NCBI GenBank assembly: GCA_029253965.1
Contig: JAQWYM010000059.1
Span: forward strand, 1-47,567
Length of the DNA stretch: 47,567 nucleotides
Reading direction: 5' to 3'
Origin: Gammaproteobacteria bacterium
Lineage (GTDB): Bacteria > Pseudomonadota > Gammaproteobacteria > UBA4575
The notes beneath the pieces were generated by a model. That model searched no databases. It saw only the letters and a program-made list of their open reading frames with translations, and was not told the DNA's origin. Of this stretch, positions 1 to 10,921 are shown one piece after another (position 1 is the stretch's first letter; each line of letters begins with the position of its first letter). Position numbers and translations under genes: made by a program.

Positions 1-855
<855 letters not shown>

Positions 856-870
856 GAAGACCATGACGTA

Positions 871-2022
871 GTGACCGATAAGCAGGAAGGTACTTTAGAA
901 ATAAGTTTTCATCGCGCAATTGCAGAGATTGGTGCGCATGATTGGAATAGTTTAGCCGGCACGGCAGACCCTTTCATGCGCTATGAATTTCTAGTCGCGC
1001 TGGAAGAACAAGACTGTGTTGGCCCTGATTTTGGTTGGTTGCCCTACCATATTGCTGTGCGCGATGCTGATCAGCAACTCGTTGCTGCCTGCCCTATCTA
1101 TATAAAAACCAATTCCTATGGTGAGTTTGTTTTTGATTGGAATTGGGCCTCAGCCTATGAACAGGCAAAACTTGAATACTATCCGAAGATGGTCAGTTCA
1201 GTACCCTACAATCCAGCCACTGGCATGCGTATTTTAAGCCAGAATGCCGCATTAAAGGCCCTCATTATTCAACAAACTATTGCGGTTGCTGAAAAAATGA
1301 AAATGAGTGGCATGCATTGGCTCTTTACCACTGCTGAAGATACCGCTCTATGTAAGCAACAGGGCCTTATGTTGCGCATGGGCTGCCAATACCACTGGTT
1401 TAACCGCAACTACACATCATTTGATGATTTCACCGCAAGCTTTGTTTCTAGGAAACGAAAAAAAGTTAATCGCGAGCGCCGTATGGTCGCTGAGCAAGGC
1501 ATCGAAATTCGCGTTATTCATGGTAATGAGGCGACTGCAGAGCAGATTGTCCGTGCCCATGAATTCTATGTCAGCACCTTTGATCGAAAATCAGGCGTGC
1601 CTACCCTACAGTTAGCATTCTTTCAGCAGATTTGCCATAGCATGGGGCAGCAGGTGGTTTTCTTTTTTGCCTACAGTGAAGAGCAGGCCATTGCCTGTGC
1701 TATTTGCTTACGCAGTGATGACACCTTGTATGGTCGCTTTTGGGGTTGTGATGAGCAGTACCATAGCCTGCATTTTGAAACTTGCTTCTATCAAGGCATT
1801 GATTATTGTATCAAGCATAAACTGCGACGATTTGAACCTGGCGCACAGGGTGAACATAAAATTGCCAGAGGCTTTACTCCAAGTCAAACCTGGTCAGGGC
1901 ATTGGATTGAAAATGAGCAATTCCGTCCGCTGTTAGAAAACTTTTGTCAGCGTGAACAGCAAGGCATTCAACATCAAATCGATGAACTCTCAAGCATGTT
2001 GCCTTTCCGTGAAGATCCATGA
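871..2022 (+). CDS. GNAT-family / FemAB-like (DUF482) protein
   Basis: YIKTNSYGEFVFDWNWA, LYGRFWG, LHFETCFYQGIDYCI, FEPGAQGEHKIARGF are family signatures; usual position between trxB and aat. Confidence 0.88.
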   Translation: MTDKQEGTLEISFHRAIAEIGAHDWNSLAGTADPFMRYEFLVALEEQDCVGPDFGWLPYHIAVRDADQQLVAACPIYIKTNSYGEFVFDWNWASAYEQAKLEYYPKMVSSVPYNPATGMRILSQNAALKALIIQQTIAVAEKMKMSGMHWLFTTAEDTALCKQQGLMLRMGCQYHWFNRNYTSFDDFTASFVSRKRKKVNRERRMVAEQGIEIRVIHGNEATAEQIVRAHEFYVSTFDRKSGVPTLQLAFFQQICHSMGQQVVFFFAYSEEQAIACAICLRSDDTLYGRFWGCDEQYHSLHFETCFYQGIDYCIKHKLRRFEPGAQGEHKIARGFTPSQTWSGHWIENEQFRPLLENFCQREQQGIQHQIDELSSMLPFREDP

Positions 2023-2768
2023 GTGATGATGATCTCCCGTGGTTAGACGCAAACAATGAGTGCGCAGCCTTCCCTCATCCTGAGCAAGCATTAAACGAGC
2101 CCGATGGCTTATTAGCTGTTGGTGGTAAGCTTTCAACAACACGCATCCTAAATGCTTATAAAAATGGCATCTTTCCTTGGTACTCCCAGGATCAACCTAT
2201 TTTGTGGTGGTCTCCTAACCCGCGAGGTGTGCTTTGGCCTCGTGATTTCATCGTCCATAAGAGTTTGAAACGGCTTATTAACAAAGGCTGGAAAGTGACT
2301 TATGACCAAGATTTTGAAGGTGTCATCAGGGCTTGCGCAGAACCAAGAGCGGATAATAATGGCACCTGGGTGACGGAAGATATGATTCAAGCCTACTGCG
2401 AGCTACATCGGCTGCACTCCGCACATTCGATTGAGGTTTGGGATGCTGACAAACTGGTCGGTGGTGTCTATGGCATTGCTTTAGGCAAATTATTTGCTGG
2501 GGAATCGATGTTTTCCCGTCAGACTGGAGGCTCTAAAATAGCTTTATTGTATCTAGCCGCCTATCTCGACAGCTGGGACTATGCATTAATTGATACACAA
2601 ATGCCTACTGAACACCTCAGCAGTTTAGGCGGTTGCAGCATATCCAGAGGCGATTATTTATCTTTATTAGAGGCTAACTGTGATCAACCGGTTGCTGAAC
2701 AGGCTTGGAAAGCTGGACAAGATATTAATATAAAGCAATGGCTTTGTTCTCAATCAAGTCGATCTTAA
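2019..2768 (+). CDS. aat: leucyl/phenylalanyl-tRNA--protein transferase
   Basis: PDGLLAVGG, AYKNGIFPWY, ILWWSPNPR, AHSIEVW, FAGESMFSR; ATGA overlap with upstream gene. Confidence 0.96.
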   Translation: MSDDDLPWLDANNECAAFPHPEQALNEPDGLLAVGGKLSTTRILNAYKNGIFPWYSQDQPILWWSPNPRGVLWPRDFIVHKSLKRLINKGWKVTYDQDFEGVIRACAEPRADNNGTWVTEDMIQAYCELHRLHSAHSIEVWDADKLVGGVYGIALGKLFAGESMFSRQTGGSKIALLYLAAYLDSWDYALIDTQMPTEHLSSLGGCSISRGDYLSLLEANCDQPVAEQAWKAGQDINIKQWLCSQSSRS

Positions 2769-2895
2769 ACCAGCCGCTTACAACACCCTTTCTAAACACA
2801 CTGACTAGAAACTCCAGATTAACTCCTAACTCAGCGACCTAGTTAGATCAACGCACTATTTCCAGCTATCTCTCTTTTGAGAAAAAATACAATTA

Positions 2896-2913
2896 ATAGT
2901 TTAATTAAACTAT
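2896..2913. promoter_or_regulatory. perfect 18-bp palindrome ATAGTTTAATTAAACTAT, possible operator
   Basis: Sequence is its own reverse complement; lies in an AT-rich intergenic tract. Function inferred only. Confidence 0.35.
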
Positions 2914-3022
2914 AGTTATTATTTAATATATTCATGATTATTAGACGAATCTTATTAATAATAAGACTAGCCCAGAAATTACAAAGATGATCAATATTCA
3001 GGATAATTAAGTGTAGGAAGAA

Positions 3023-3318
3023 ATGAAGACCTGCCTATTCCTAGCATTAAGCCTTATTACATTAACAGCTTTTATCAGGAGAAACGCTTAAGGTTAATGG
3101 CAGTTACAAAACAAAAGGTTATATGATTCGCACTGCTAAAACATAAAATTGCAGTCGTCTGTATATACACATTTAGTAACAGTAATGACGTGACATTAAA
3201 TGGGAGCGGAGTGAATTTTACCTTGAGTGATGTCATTGCTCTTCCAGAACATATGCAAGGTAAAATAAAAGCGAATCTACGTGGCAAGTTTATAAAATGC
3301 ACTACAAGATCATTTTGA
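3023..3318 (+). pseudogene. possible degraded gene for an exported protein
   Basis: AGGAAG RBS then ATG MKTCLFLALSLITLTAF (signal-peptide-like) ending at TAA 3091; another stop-free frame runs 3127-3318. Confidence 0.3.
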
Positions 3319-3534
3319 CTATGACAGTGAAAACTGACGTTACTGCAGGTTAATTATTCGTCTAAAGCACGAGGTTTTTGATACCAAGATCGAGAAATTT
3401 AAATATCTCTTTACGCAATAACCAGTAGAAGATTGTGACTTATTGCCGCAGGCTTTAAGCGACGCCGAGCCACACTTGCTTACCAGACTTTGCGCTATAC
3501 CAGCATACAGCGCAAAGCACGTTCTAAGCCATGC

Positions 3535-4674
3535 TTAATCCATGTTGCTGAGGATGGCATCTTTAACATCAGCAAGCTTGGCATCAATCGTGATCAGCTT
3601 GCTGGTGGCTTGTTTGATGGCTGTATCAGGATCTTTCAGACCATGGCCTGTCAAGGTACAGACAACGGTACTTCCAGCAGGAATTTTGCCACTCTCAATG
3701 TCACGCAAGGCGCCAGCAACGGAGGTTGCTGATGCGGGTTCACAGAAAACCCCTTCGGATCCGGCTAAGAGACGCTGAGCAGCAAGGATTTCATAATCAC
3801 TGCACTCATCAAACCATCCACCTGATTCTTTGTGAACCTTCCAGGCATTATCCCAACTCTGTGGATGACCAATACGGATAGCGGTTGCTAATGTTTCTGG
3901 GGCATCCACCATTTCACCGCGCATAAAGGGGGCACTTCCTGCCGCTTGATAACCAACCATCTGCGGACGTTTGGCACTCTTCATACCCTGTAAGAACTGA
4001 CATTTGCCAGAGCAAAGACTGCAAGACTGGGTGCATTGATTAGCGTATTCTGAATAACCAATCCAATGCGCCGTAATATTGCCCGCATTCCCAACCGGTA
4101 AACAGTGAAAGTCTGGAGCAACACCGAGCTCATCAACAATCTCAAAGGCTGCTGTTTTCTGCCCCTGTAAGCGGTACGGATTAATACTGTTTACAATATC
4201 GACCGGCGCTTCTTTTGCAACCTCTTTAACCAGTCGCATACCATCATCAAAGTTACCTTTAACCTGAATCACAACAGCACCTTGAATCATCGCTTGAGCT
4301 AATTTACCCATGGCGATCCTGCCCTCTGGGATCAATACAAAAGCCGAGATGCCTGCACGTGAGGCGTAGGCTGCAGCAGAAGCTGAGGTGTTACCAGTAG
4401 AGGCACAGATAATTGCACGACTGCCATCTTGTACGGCCTTGGTCACTGCCATAGTCATACCACGATCTTTAAATGAACCGGTGGGATTAAGCCCCTCATA
4501 TTTAAGCAGTAGACGAATATTATACTTTTTTAAGAGCTCAATATTATGGCACTCAATCAGTGGCGTATTGCCTTCACCAAGACTGATAATGCGACCATTA
4601 GGGTCAATTGGCATACGCGAGATATAGTTATTAATAAGCCCGGTATAACGATTTTCAGTTGCGTTTGTAGTCAT
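3535..4674 (-). CDS. thrC: threonine synthase (short type) with Cys-rich insert
   Basis: SLGEGNTPL, PLP-lysine motif EGLNPTGSFKDRGM, CASTGNTSASAAAY, VFCEPASA, TLTGHGLKDP; downstream of hom. Confidence 0.95.
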   Translation of the reverse strand: MTTNATENRYTGLINNYISRMPIDPNGRIISLGEGNTPLIECHNIELLKKYNIRLLLKYEGLNPTGSFKDRGMTMAVTKAVQDGSRAIICASTGNTSASAAAYASRAGISAFVLIPEGRIAMGKLAQAMIQGAVVIQVKGNFDDGMRLVKEVAKEAPVDIVNSINPYRLQGQKTAAFEIVDELGVAPDFHCLPVGNAGNITAHWIGYSEYANQCTQSCSLCSGKCQFLQGMKSAKRPQMVGYQAAGSAPFMRGEMVDAPETLATAIRIGHPQSWDNAWKVHKESGGWFDECSDYEILAAQRLLAGSEGVFCEPASATSVAGALRDIESGKIPAGSTVVCTLTGHGLKDPDTAIKQATSKLITIDAKLADVKDAILSNMD

Positions 4675-4677
4675 AAT

Positions 4678-6009
4678 TTAACCCAAAGATTCCACGCGGA
4701 TACGGACAATGTCAGCATGTACCGCATCTAGTTTGTGCAAGGCATCCAATGCAATTTGCATATTCGACTCTAAGCATACATGGCTAAGCATTACTAAGGA
4801 TACGCAGCCTTGTTCATCTTCTTTATCTTTTTGTACGATCGCCTCTATGCTGATATTACAGTCAGCAAAACAACGCGTTATATCAGCTAATACCCCTGCC
4901 TCATTACTCACCTGAAGTCGCAGATAGAAAGCCGTCATGACCGCTGACATCGGCAGTATCGTTAAGTCTTTAATGGCATCAGGCTGAAAGGCAAGATGGG
5001 GCACACGGTTGCCAGGATCACTGGTAAAGGCACGACAAACATCAACCAGATCAGCAACGACAGCTGATGCTGTAGGTTCAGCACCGGCACCAGGGCCGTA
5101 ATAAAGTGTTGGTCCTACGGCATCAGCATTGACCAAGACAGCATTCATCACGCCATCGACATTAGCAATCAGGCGACGCTCTGGAATCAACGTCGGATGC
5201 ACACGCAACTCAACACCCGCCTCAACTCGACGCGCGATGCCTAGATGTTTTATCCGGTAACCCAATTCTGCAGCATACTCAACATCACTTTTCTGAATCA
5301 CTGAAATACCTTCGGTGTAGACCTTTTCAAATTGCAGTGGCACACCAAAAGCAATCGATGCCAAGATCGTTAACTTATGCGCCGCATCAATACCCTCAAC
5401 ATCAAAGGTCGGATCAGCCTCGGCGTAACCAAGTGCCTGAGCTTCACTGAGTACATCATCAAAGTCACGACCCTTATCACGCATCTCGGTGAGGATGAAG
5501 TTTCCGGTGCCATTTATAATGCCAGCCAGCCATTCGATTTGGTTACCTGCAAGGCCTTCACGAATCGCTTTAATAATTGGGATACCACCGGCAACAGCAG
5601 CTTCAAAGGCAACACTGACGCCTTTTTCCTGGGCTGCGAGAAATATCTCATTACCATGCAAGGCGATTAAGGCCTTGTTGGCGGTCACCACATGCTTACC
5701 GTTGTTGATAGCGCGCAGCACTAGATCTCGAGCGAGATCAGTGCCACCAATCAATTCAAGTACGATATCAATATCAGGATGGTTAACAATTTCATTAGAG
5801 TCTTCAGTTAGCAAGATGCCTTCTATATCGACATCACGTGGCTTCTTAATATCACGCACACTAGCTGCTAGGAGTTTAATCTCTCTACCTGCACGACGTG
5901 CAATCTCTTCAGCATTACGACGCAGTACGGTGGCCGTGCCACCGCCAACGGTACCTAATCCAAGGATGCCGACATTTACTGGCTTGATCTGTTCATCTGA
6001 CTTATTCAT
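4678..6009 (-). CDS. hom: homoserine dehydrogenase with C-terminal ACT domain
   Basis: [59 protein letters not shown]. Confidence 0.97.
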   Translation of the reverse strand: MNKSDEQIKPVNVGILGLGTVGGGTATVLRRNAEEIARRAGREIKLLAASVRDIKKPRDVDIEGILLTEDSNEIVNHPDIDIVLELIGGTDLARDLVLRAINNGKHVVTANKALIALHGNEIFLAAQEKGVSVAFEAAVAGGIPIIKAIREGLAGNQIEWLAGIINGTGNFILTEMRDKGRDFDDVLSEAQALGYAEADPTFDVEGIDAAHKLTILASIAFGVPLQFEKVYTEGISVIQKSDVEYAAELGYRIKHLGIARRVEAGVELRVHPTLIPERRLIANVDGVMNAVLVNADAVGPTLYYGPGAGAEPTASAVVADLVDVCRAFTSDPGNRVPHLAFQPDAIKDLTILPMSAVMTAFYLRLQVSNEAGVLADITRCFADCNISIEAIVQKDKEDEQGCVSLVMLSHVCLESNMQIALDALHKLDAVHADIVRIRVESLG

Positions 6010-7190
6010 TCATTATCCGTTTGTCTAAACATTTTCTTAATGCCACGTAAGGCTTGCCTAATGCGATGCTCATTTTCAATCAAACTAAAGCGCACATGAT
6101 CGTCTCCGTAATGGCCAAAGCCGATACCGGGTGATACTGCAACCTTAGCGACTTCCATCATATGCATGGAAAAATCCAACGATCCCATCGCAACAAAAGC
6201 CTCAGGGATTTTAGCCCAGACAAACATAGTTGCCTTTGGAGGCGTCACTGCCCAGCCCAGCTCATTCAAGCCACTGACTAGGACATCACGGCGAGATTTG
6301 TACATATCACGAATCTCATCAACACAATCCTGTGGGCCATCCAATGCTGCGATTGCTGCAATCTGAATCGGTGTGAACATGCCGTAATCTAGATAAGACT
6401 TGAGGCGCGCTAAGGCAGCTACCAAGGTTTTATTACCGCACATGAAGCCAACTCGCCAACCTGGCATATTGTAGGTCTTAGACAGCGAGTAAAATTCTAC
6501 TGCAATATCTTTTGCACCTTCCACCTGTAAGATAGAAGGTGGCTCATAGCCATCAAAGGTGATTTCGCCATAAGCAATATCATTAACAACCCAGATCTTA
6601 TGTTCTTTCGCAATCGCAATAACTCGCTCAAAGAATTTCAGCTCAACACATTCAGTTGTCGGATTACCCGGGAAATTAAGGATCAATAACTTCGGCTTTG
6701 GCCATGCGTTTTTAATCGCTTTTTCTAATTCGGCAAAGAAATCAGTATCCTCACGCGCGGGTACATAGATGACTTCAGCGCCGGCTATAATGCAACCATA
6801 GGGATGAATTGGATAAGCTGGATTAGGCACTAGTACAGCATCACCCGGACCAAGAACAGCCAGTGCCAAATGCGCCAAGCCCTCTTTTGAACCAATCGTG
6901 ACAATGGCTTCATCTTCTGGATCTAGCGCGACATCAAACTTACGCTGATACCAGTCGCAGATTGATTTTCTCAGGCGAGGAATACCGCGTGATAGAGAGT
7001 ATCTATGCGTATCATCACGCATCGCAGCTTCTGCTAATTTATTTTTAATATGCTCAGGTGCACCTTGATCAGGATTACCCATGCCAAAATCAATAATATC
7101 TTCACCCGCGGCTCTAAATTCAGCTTTTCGCTCGTTTACGATATTAAAAACGTAGGGTGGTAATAGCTTAATTCTTGGAAAATCGTCCAT
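6006..7190 (-). CDS. alaC: alanine transaminase AlaC (class I PLP aminotransferase)
   Basis: [57 protein letters not shown]; known alaC-hom-thrC arrangement. Confidence 0.9.
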   Translation of the reverse strand: MDDFPRIKLLPPYVFNIVNERKAEFRAAGEDIIDFGMGNPDQGAPEHIKNKLAEAAMRDDTHRYSLSRGIPRLRKSICDWYQRKFDVALDPEDEAIVTIGSKEGLAHLALAVLGPGDAVLVPNPAYPIHPYGCIIAGAEVIYVPAREDTDFFAELEKAIKNAWPKPKLLILNFPGNPTTECVELKFFERVIAIAKEHKIWVVNDIAYGEITFDGYEPPSILQVEGAKDIAVEFYSLSKTYNMPGWRVGFMCGNKTLVAALARLKSYLDYGMFTPIQIAAIAALDGPQDCVDEIRDMYKSRRDVLVSGLNELGWAVTPPKATMFVWAKIPEAFVAMGSLDFSMHMMEVAKVAVSPGIGFGHYGDDHVRFSLIENEHRIRQALRGIKKMFRQTDNE

Positions 7191-7412
7191 GCGTCAGCAC
7201 TTCATTAAAACAAAGGCGATATGATACGCGAATACGCCCGTATAAATAAGTAACTTCCACCGCAAATTTCCTGTTTTAGTAGTCTTGCCAGCGGATGAAA
7301 ACCTAATGATCAGCTAAATAAAGGATCGTTGAATCGATCTCTATCAGCGTTTAAGTCAGTAAAAGGCGTTAATTCAACGGCTTTACCTTAAATTAAGCGT
7401 GCTTTATCGCCT

Positions 7413-8120
7413 TTAACGCGGTAGATAACGCAAAGGATCGACTGGATCACCATTTTTACGGATTTCAAAATGCAGCTTGTTGCGATTGGTCCCAGTACTT
7501 CCCACTTCAGCTATCTTCTGTCCGCGCTTAACGTCATCGCCCTCCACTACCATTAGCTTGCGGCTATGCGCATAGGCACTGAAATAGGTCGCGTTATGTT
7601 TAATGATGAGCAAGTTTCCATAACCACGAATGCCATTGCCGGCATAAACAATACGTCCGGAAGCCGCGGCCTTCACCGCAGTACCCTTGTTGGCAGCAAT
7701 ATCAATGCCATTGCGGTCTGCTGAATACTGACTGATCAACTGACCTTTAAGCGGCCAGCTCCATGAACCTGGTGCCTTGACCTCCGCTACTTTTTTCTTT
7801 GCTTGTGTAGCCTGTTGTTTGCGAGATGACGACTTGCTCGTCTTTGCCGTCTCTGTTTTAGCTTTATTCGACCCTGAATAAGCTAGGCGAAGTCGTTGTC
7901 CCGGTTTAATAACATAGGGGTCTTTTAGATTATTCCAGCGCGCAATACTTTTGGCGTTGAGACGATAACGCCAGGCAATAGCAAATAAGGTATCGCCTTT
8001 TTGCACGATGTAGTAGCGCGTCTGTTTATTGGGCTGAACGACACCGGTGTAACAACCACTTAAACTAAGACCCAGCGCTAGAATTAGACTCAGAAGTATT
8101 TTTGAAAGCATTATATTCAC
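7413..8120 (-). CDS. nlpD: LysM/M23 lipoprotein NlpD-like
   Basis: Lipobox LSLSGC, LysM YIVQKGDTLFAIAW, M23 domain GIDIA..YGNLLIIKH..SAYAH..LHFEIR; surE-pcm-yqaA-nlpD synteny. Confidence 0.88.
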   Translation of the reverse strand: MNIMLSKILLSLILALGLSLSGCYTGVVQPNKQTRYYIVQKGDTLFAIAWRYRLNAKSIARWNNLKDPYVIKPGQRLRLAYSGSNKAKTETAKTSKSSSRKQQATQAKKKVAEVKAPGSWSWPLKGQLISQYSADRNGIDIAANKGTAVKAAASGRIVYAGNGIRGYGNLLIIKHNATYFSAYAHSRKLMVVEGDDVKRGQKIAEVGSTGTNRNKLHFEIRKNGDPVDPLRYLPR

Positions 8121-8698
8121 TTTGAATTAACCCCAATAATGGCGAGTACAATGAGAACAACCAGCAACCAGCCTATGTACTCAATGTAGCGCAGCAGATG
8201 CCGCTCTATTTTTTGTCCAAACAGCTTAATCAATAAGGCCAGCAAGAAAAATCGACTACCCCTGCCTAAAACTGATGCCAAGATAAAGGCGATCAAGGGC
8301 TGGCCCATGGCACCGGCAGTTACGGTAAATAGTTTATAAGGGATGGGCGAGAAACCAGCTATCAGTACAACCCATAGCCCCCAGCCCTGAAACCATGCCC
8401 TAACCTGCTGATAAAGCGGCCAATAACCATTATCTTGTAATAGTTGCTCGGCAAGATCTAGACTATAGCGGCCGATAAAGTAGCCCATAATGCCGCCAAG
8501 AACAGAAAATACAGTTGTCAGGAAGGCAAAATAAAATGCACGATGCGGCTGCCTTAAGGCCATAGGCGCTAACATCACATCTGGTGGGATAGGAAAAAAT
8601 GAAGATTCTGCAAAGCTCAACACACTGAGATAAAACGTCGCCCTGCGATGCTCTGCCCAAGCCATCACACGCGCATAAAGATTGCCAAAAAGATTCAT
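8117..8698 (-). CDS. yqaA: YqaA/DedA-family membrane protein
   Basis: LSFAESSFFPIPPDVML, AGFSPIPYKLFT, GRGSRFF; start may be 8698 or 8728. Confidence 0.88.
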   Translation of the reverse strand: MNLFGNLYARVMAWAEHRRATFYLSVLSFAESSFFPIPPDVMLAPMALRQPHRAFYFAFLTTVFSVLGGIMGYFIGRYSLDLAEQLLQDNGYWPLYQQVRAWFQGWGLWVVLIAGFSPIPYKLFTVTAGAMGQPLIAFILASVLGRGSRFFLLALLIKLFGQKIERHLLRYIEYIGWLLVVLIVLAIIGVNSK

Positions 8699-8711
8699 TT
8701 TTTGCTTGGTC

Positions 8712-9377
8712 TCAACTTTTGGCTTCATTCACGAAGGGCACAAAGACGACGTCTTCGAGTTTGTTTTTTTCGAAACCTGCTGCTGTTCGCGTCAGTGTTA
8801 GTAATTGTTGCTTATCATCTTGTTCACCCACTGGAATGATCATGCGACCATCCATCGCTAACTGCTGCTGCAATGACTCTGGAATCTCACTCGCCGCAGC
8901 CGTTACGATGATAGCGTCATAAGGCGCATAGTTCTGCCATCCCCAGGTACCATCTGATAATTTGCAGTGCACATTATGTAGGTTCATAGAATGCAGAAGC
9001 TTGCGTGTCTGCTGGTATAATTCTGGAATACGCTCCACTGTATAGACGTCTTTAACCAGCGCGGCTAACAAGGCTGATTGATAGCCCGAACCGGTGCCAA
9101 TCTCCAGCACTTTTTGTGGCTTATCATCAGCCAATAAGGCCTCTGTCATGCGTGCAACGGTATACGGTTGAGAGATGGTCTGACGATAGCCTATAGGTAA
9201 GGCATCATCCTCATAAGCGCGGGACGCTAAGGCTTCATCCACAAACAGATGCCGTGGCAAGACACGCATCGCCTGCAACACACGTTCATCTTTAATGCCT
9301 TTATCTCTGAGCCGCGCTATTAATCTATCTCGTGTTCGCTGCGAGGTCATACCAATACCCGCACTGGCATGATTCAT
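8712..9377 (-). CDS. pcm: protein-L-isoaspartate O-methyltransferase
   Basis: GIGMTSQRTRDRL, QTISQPY, VLEIGTGSGYQ, APYDAIIVTAA. Confidence 0.96.
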   Translation of the reverse strand: MNHASAGIGMTSQRTRDRLIARLRDKGIKDERVLQAMRVLPRHLFVDEALASRAYEDDALPIGYRQTISQPYTVARMTEALLADDKPQKVLEIGTGSGYQSALLAALVKDVYTVERIPELYQQTRKLLHSMNLHNVHCKLSDGTWGWQNYAPYDAIIVTAAASEIPESLQQQLAMDGRMIIPVGEQDDKQQLLTLTRTAAGFEKNKLEDVVFVPFVNEAKS

Positions 9378-10132
9378 GTGCTTAGTCCTGACTCTTCAAC
9401 CCAAGACTGCAACGTCTCTAGGCTGCGATAGCGAGTCAAATCCACATGGATTGGGCTGATCGAGACATAGCCATGATTAATCGCGTGAAAATCAGTGCCC
9501 GGGCCAGCATCTTGTTCAGGGCCTGCTGCCCCAACCCAATAAATCGGCTTACCTCTAGGGTCCTCTGCTCGAACAGCAGGCTCAGCTTTGTGCCGATTAC
9601 CCAAACGCGTGGTCTTAAATCCTTTTATTTTTTCTAAAGGCAGATCAGGAATATTAACATTCAGGATCATATTCTCCTGAATAGGATTCAATAACAGACT
9701 ACTGATAAGTCGTGCGCTTAAGCTAGCGGCCGCCTTAACATGCTGAGGCCTAAATGAAGTTTGTGATATCGCTACGGCAGGCAGACCCAAAAAACGTCCT
9801 TCCATCGCAGCAGCTACGGTACCTGAATAAATCACATCATCGCCTAGATTAGCTCCCGCATTGATCCCAGAGACCACCATATCTGGCGTCTCCTCTAAAA
9901 GACCAGTCAAACCTAAATGCACACAATCAGTCGGCGTGCCATCAACGGCATAACTGCGTTCTGCATAAGCCTGTGCGCGCAGTGGTCGCTCCAGCGTTAA
10001 GGAGTTACTGGCTGCACTACGGTTACGATTGGGTGCGACGATAGTAATCATCGCTAAATCTTGTAAAGCTGCGGCCAGCTCAATTAATCCTTGGCCTTGA
10101 TAGCCATCATCATTACTTAGCAAAAGGTGCAT
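9374..10132 (-). CDS. surE: 5'/3'-nucleotidase SurE
   Basis: LLSNDDG, SAASNSLTL, VDGTPTDCV, SGINAGANLGDDVIYSGTVAAA; start set at MHLLL. Confidence 0.96.
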   Translation of the reverse strand: MHLLLSNDDGYQGQGLIELAAALQDLAMITIVAPNRNRSAASNSLTLERPLRAQAYAERSYAVDGTPTDCVHLGLTGLLEETPDMVVSGINAGANLGDDVIYSGTVAAAMEGRFLGLPAVAISQTSFRPQHVKAAASLSARLISSLLLNPIQENMILNVNIPDLPLEKIKGFKTTRLGNRHKAEPAVRAEDPRGKPIYWVGAAGPEQDAGPGTDFHAINHGYVSISPIHVDLTRYRSLETLQSWVEESGLST

Positions 10133-10251
10133 TCGTTCTTGTTCTCGCAGGCTGTACACTTGGCATGGAATTACTAAAGATTATACTATCAGCTTAGCGC
10201 TAGAAGTACGTAGAATATGCATAAGCAAATAGGTTTAAATGAGGCTTGATT

Positions 10252-10794
10252 ATGGCAAATAGAGATGATGATGAAAATAAGGACGCCAGTTTTGCCGAGA
10301 TGATGGGTGATATCAAACTCATCACCTCTGATCGTGTCATTTCAAACAAGCCAAAACCCTACCCTACCCCACGACAGCGTGATTTAGACGAGCAACGAGT
10401 CCTTGTCGAGTTATCCCATTCAATGATAGAGGATGAGGACATGCAAGCCGGTGATGTACTCAGCTATTGCCAGCCAGGCATTCAAAAACAAGTCTTTCGA
10501 AAACTAAAGCGTGGCCAGTACTCGATCAATACTGAACTTGATCTACATGGTCTGACCCGTGCCGAGGCAGAAGTTGAGTTAATCGACTTTATTGATTACG
10601 CCCTTACTGAGAACATTCGCTGTGTGCGTATTATTCATGGCAAAGGCCTCAGTTCAAATAATAATGGCCCAGTAATAAAGCCATTGGTTAATCGTTGGCT
10701 ACGACGACGTAATGACATTCTTGCTTTCTGCTCAGCAAGGCCCGTTGATGGTGGCACCGGTGCGGTCTATGTATTACTCCGCTCTAAACATTAA
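10252..10794 (+). CDS. Smr/MutS2-domain endonuclease (SmrA-like)
   Basis: LDLHGLT, IIHGKG, DGGTGAVYVLL; GAGG RBS before ATG 10252. Confidence 0.92.
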   Translation: MANRDDDENKDASFAEMMGDIKLITSDRVISNKPKPYPTPRQRDLDEQRVLVELSHSMIEDEDMQAGDVLSYCQPGIQKQVFRKLKRGQYSINTELDLHGLTRAEAEVELIDFIDYALTENIRCVRIIHGKGLSSNNNGPVIKPLVNRWLRRRNDILAFCSARPVDGGTGAVYVLLRSKH

Positions 10795-10921
10795 GCTAAT
10801 CATTAACCAGTGCAGTGTTTTGCCAGTTATCATGATTTAATCAAGTAAAAGCCCAATCATCCCCTGATCCTAATCAGCAGCAAGTCTGATTAGAAAAAGA
10901 AAAGACCCGAGTAAAGAAGAC

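Noticed and set aside
3075-3302. 75-aa minus-strand ORF in the aat-thrC spacer
   Set aside because: No recognisable motif or RBS; probably the antisense shadow of the + strand open frame
5489-6028. 179-aa + strand ORF and the many other short overlapping ORFs in the track
   Set aside because: Antisense or alternate-frame shadows of well-conserved genes (here hom), with no motifs of their own
3535-7190. hom-thrC without thrB
   Set aside because: Ordinary in many proteobacteria, where homoserine kinase is encoded elsewhere
10160-10176. TTGGCATGGAATTACT upstream of the smr gene, resembling a sigma-54 site
   Set aside because: No GC at the required N10 spacing after GG
10832-10844. ATGATTTAATCAA upstream of moeA, FNR-like
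   Set aside because: Spacer is 3 nt rather than the 4 nt of TTGAT-N4-ATCAA, and there is a further mismatch
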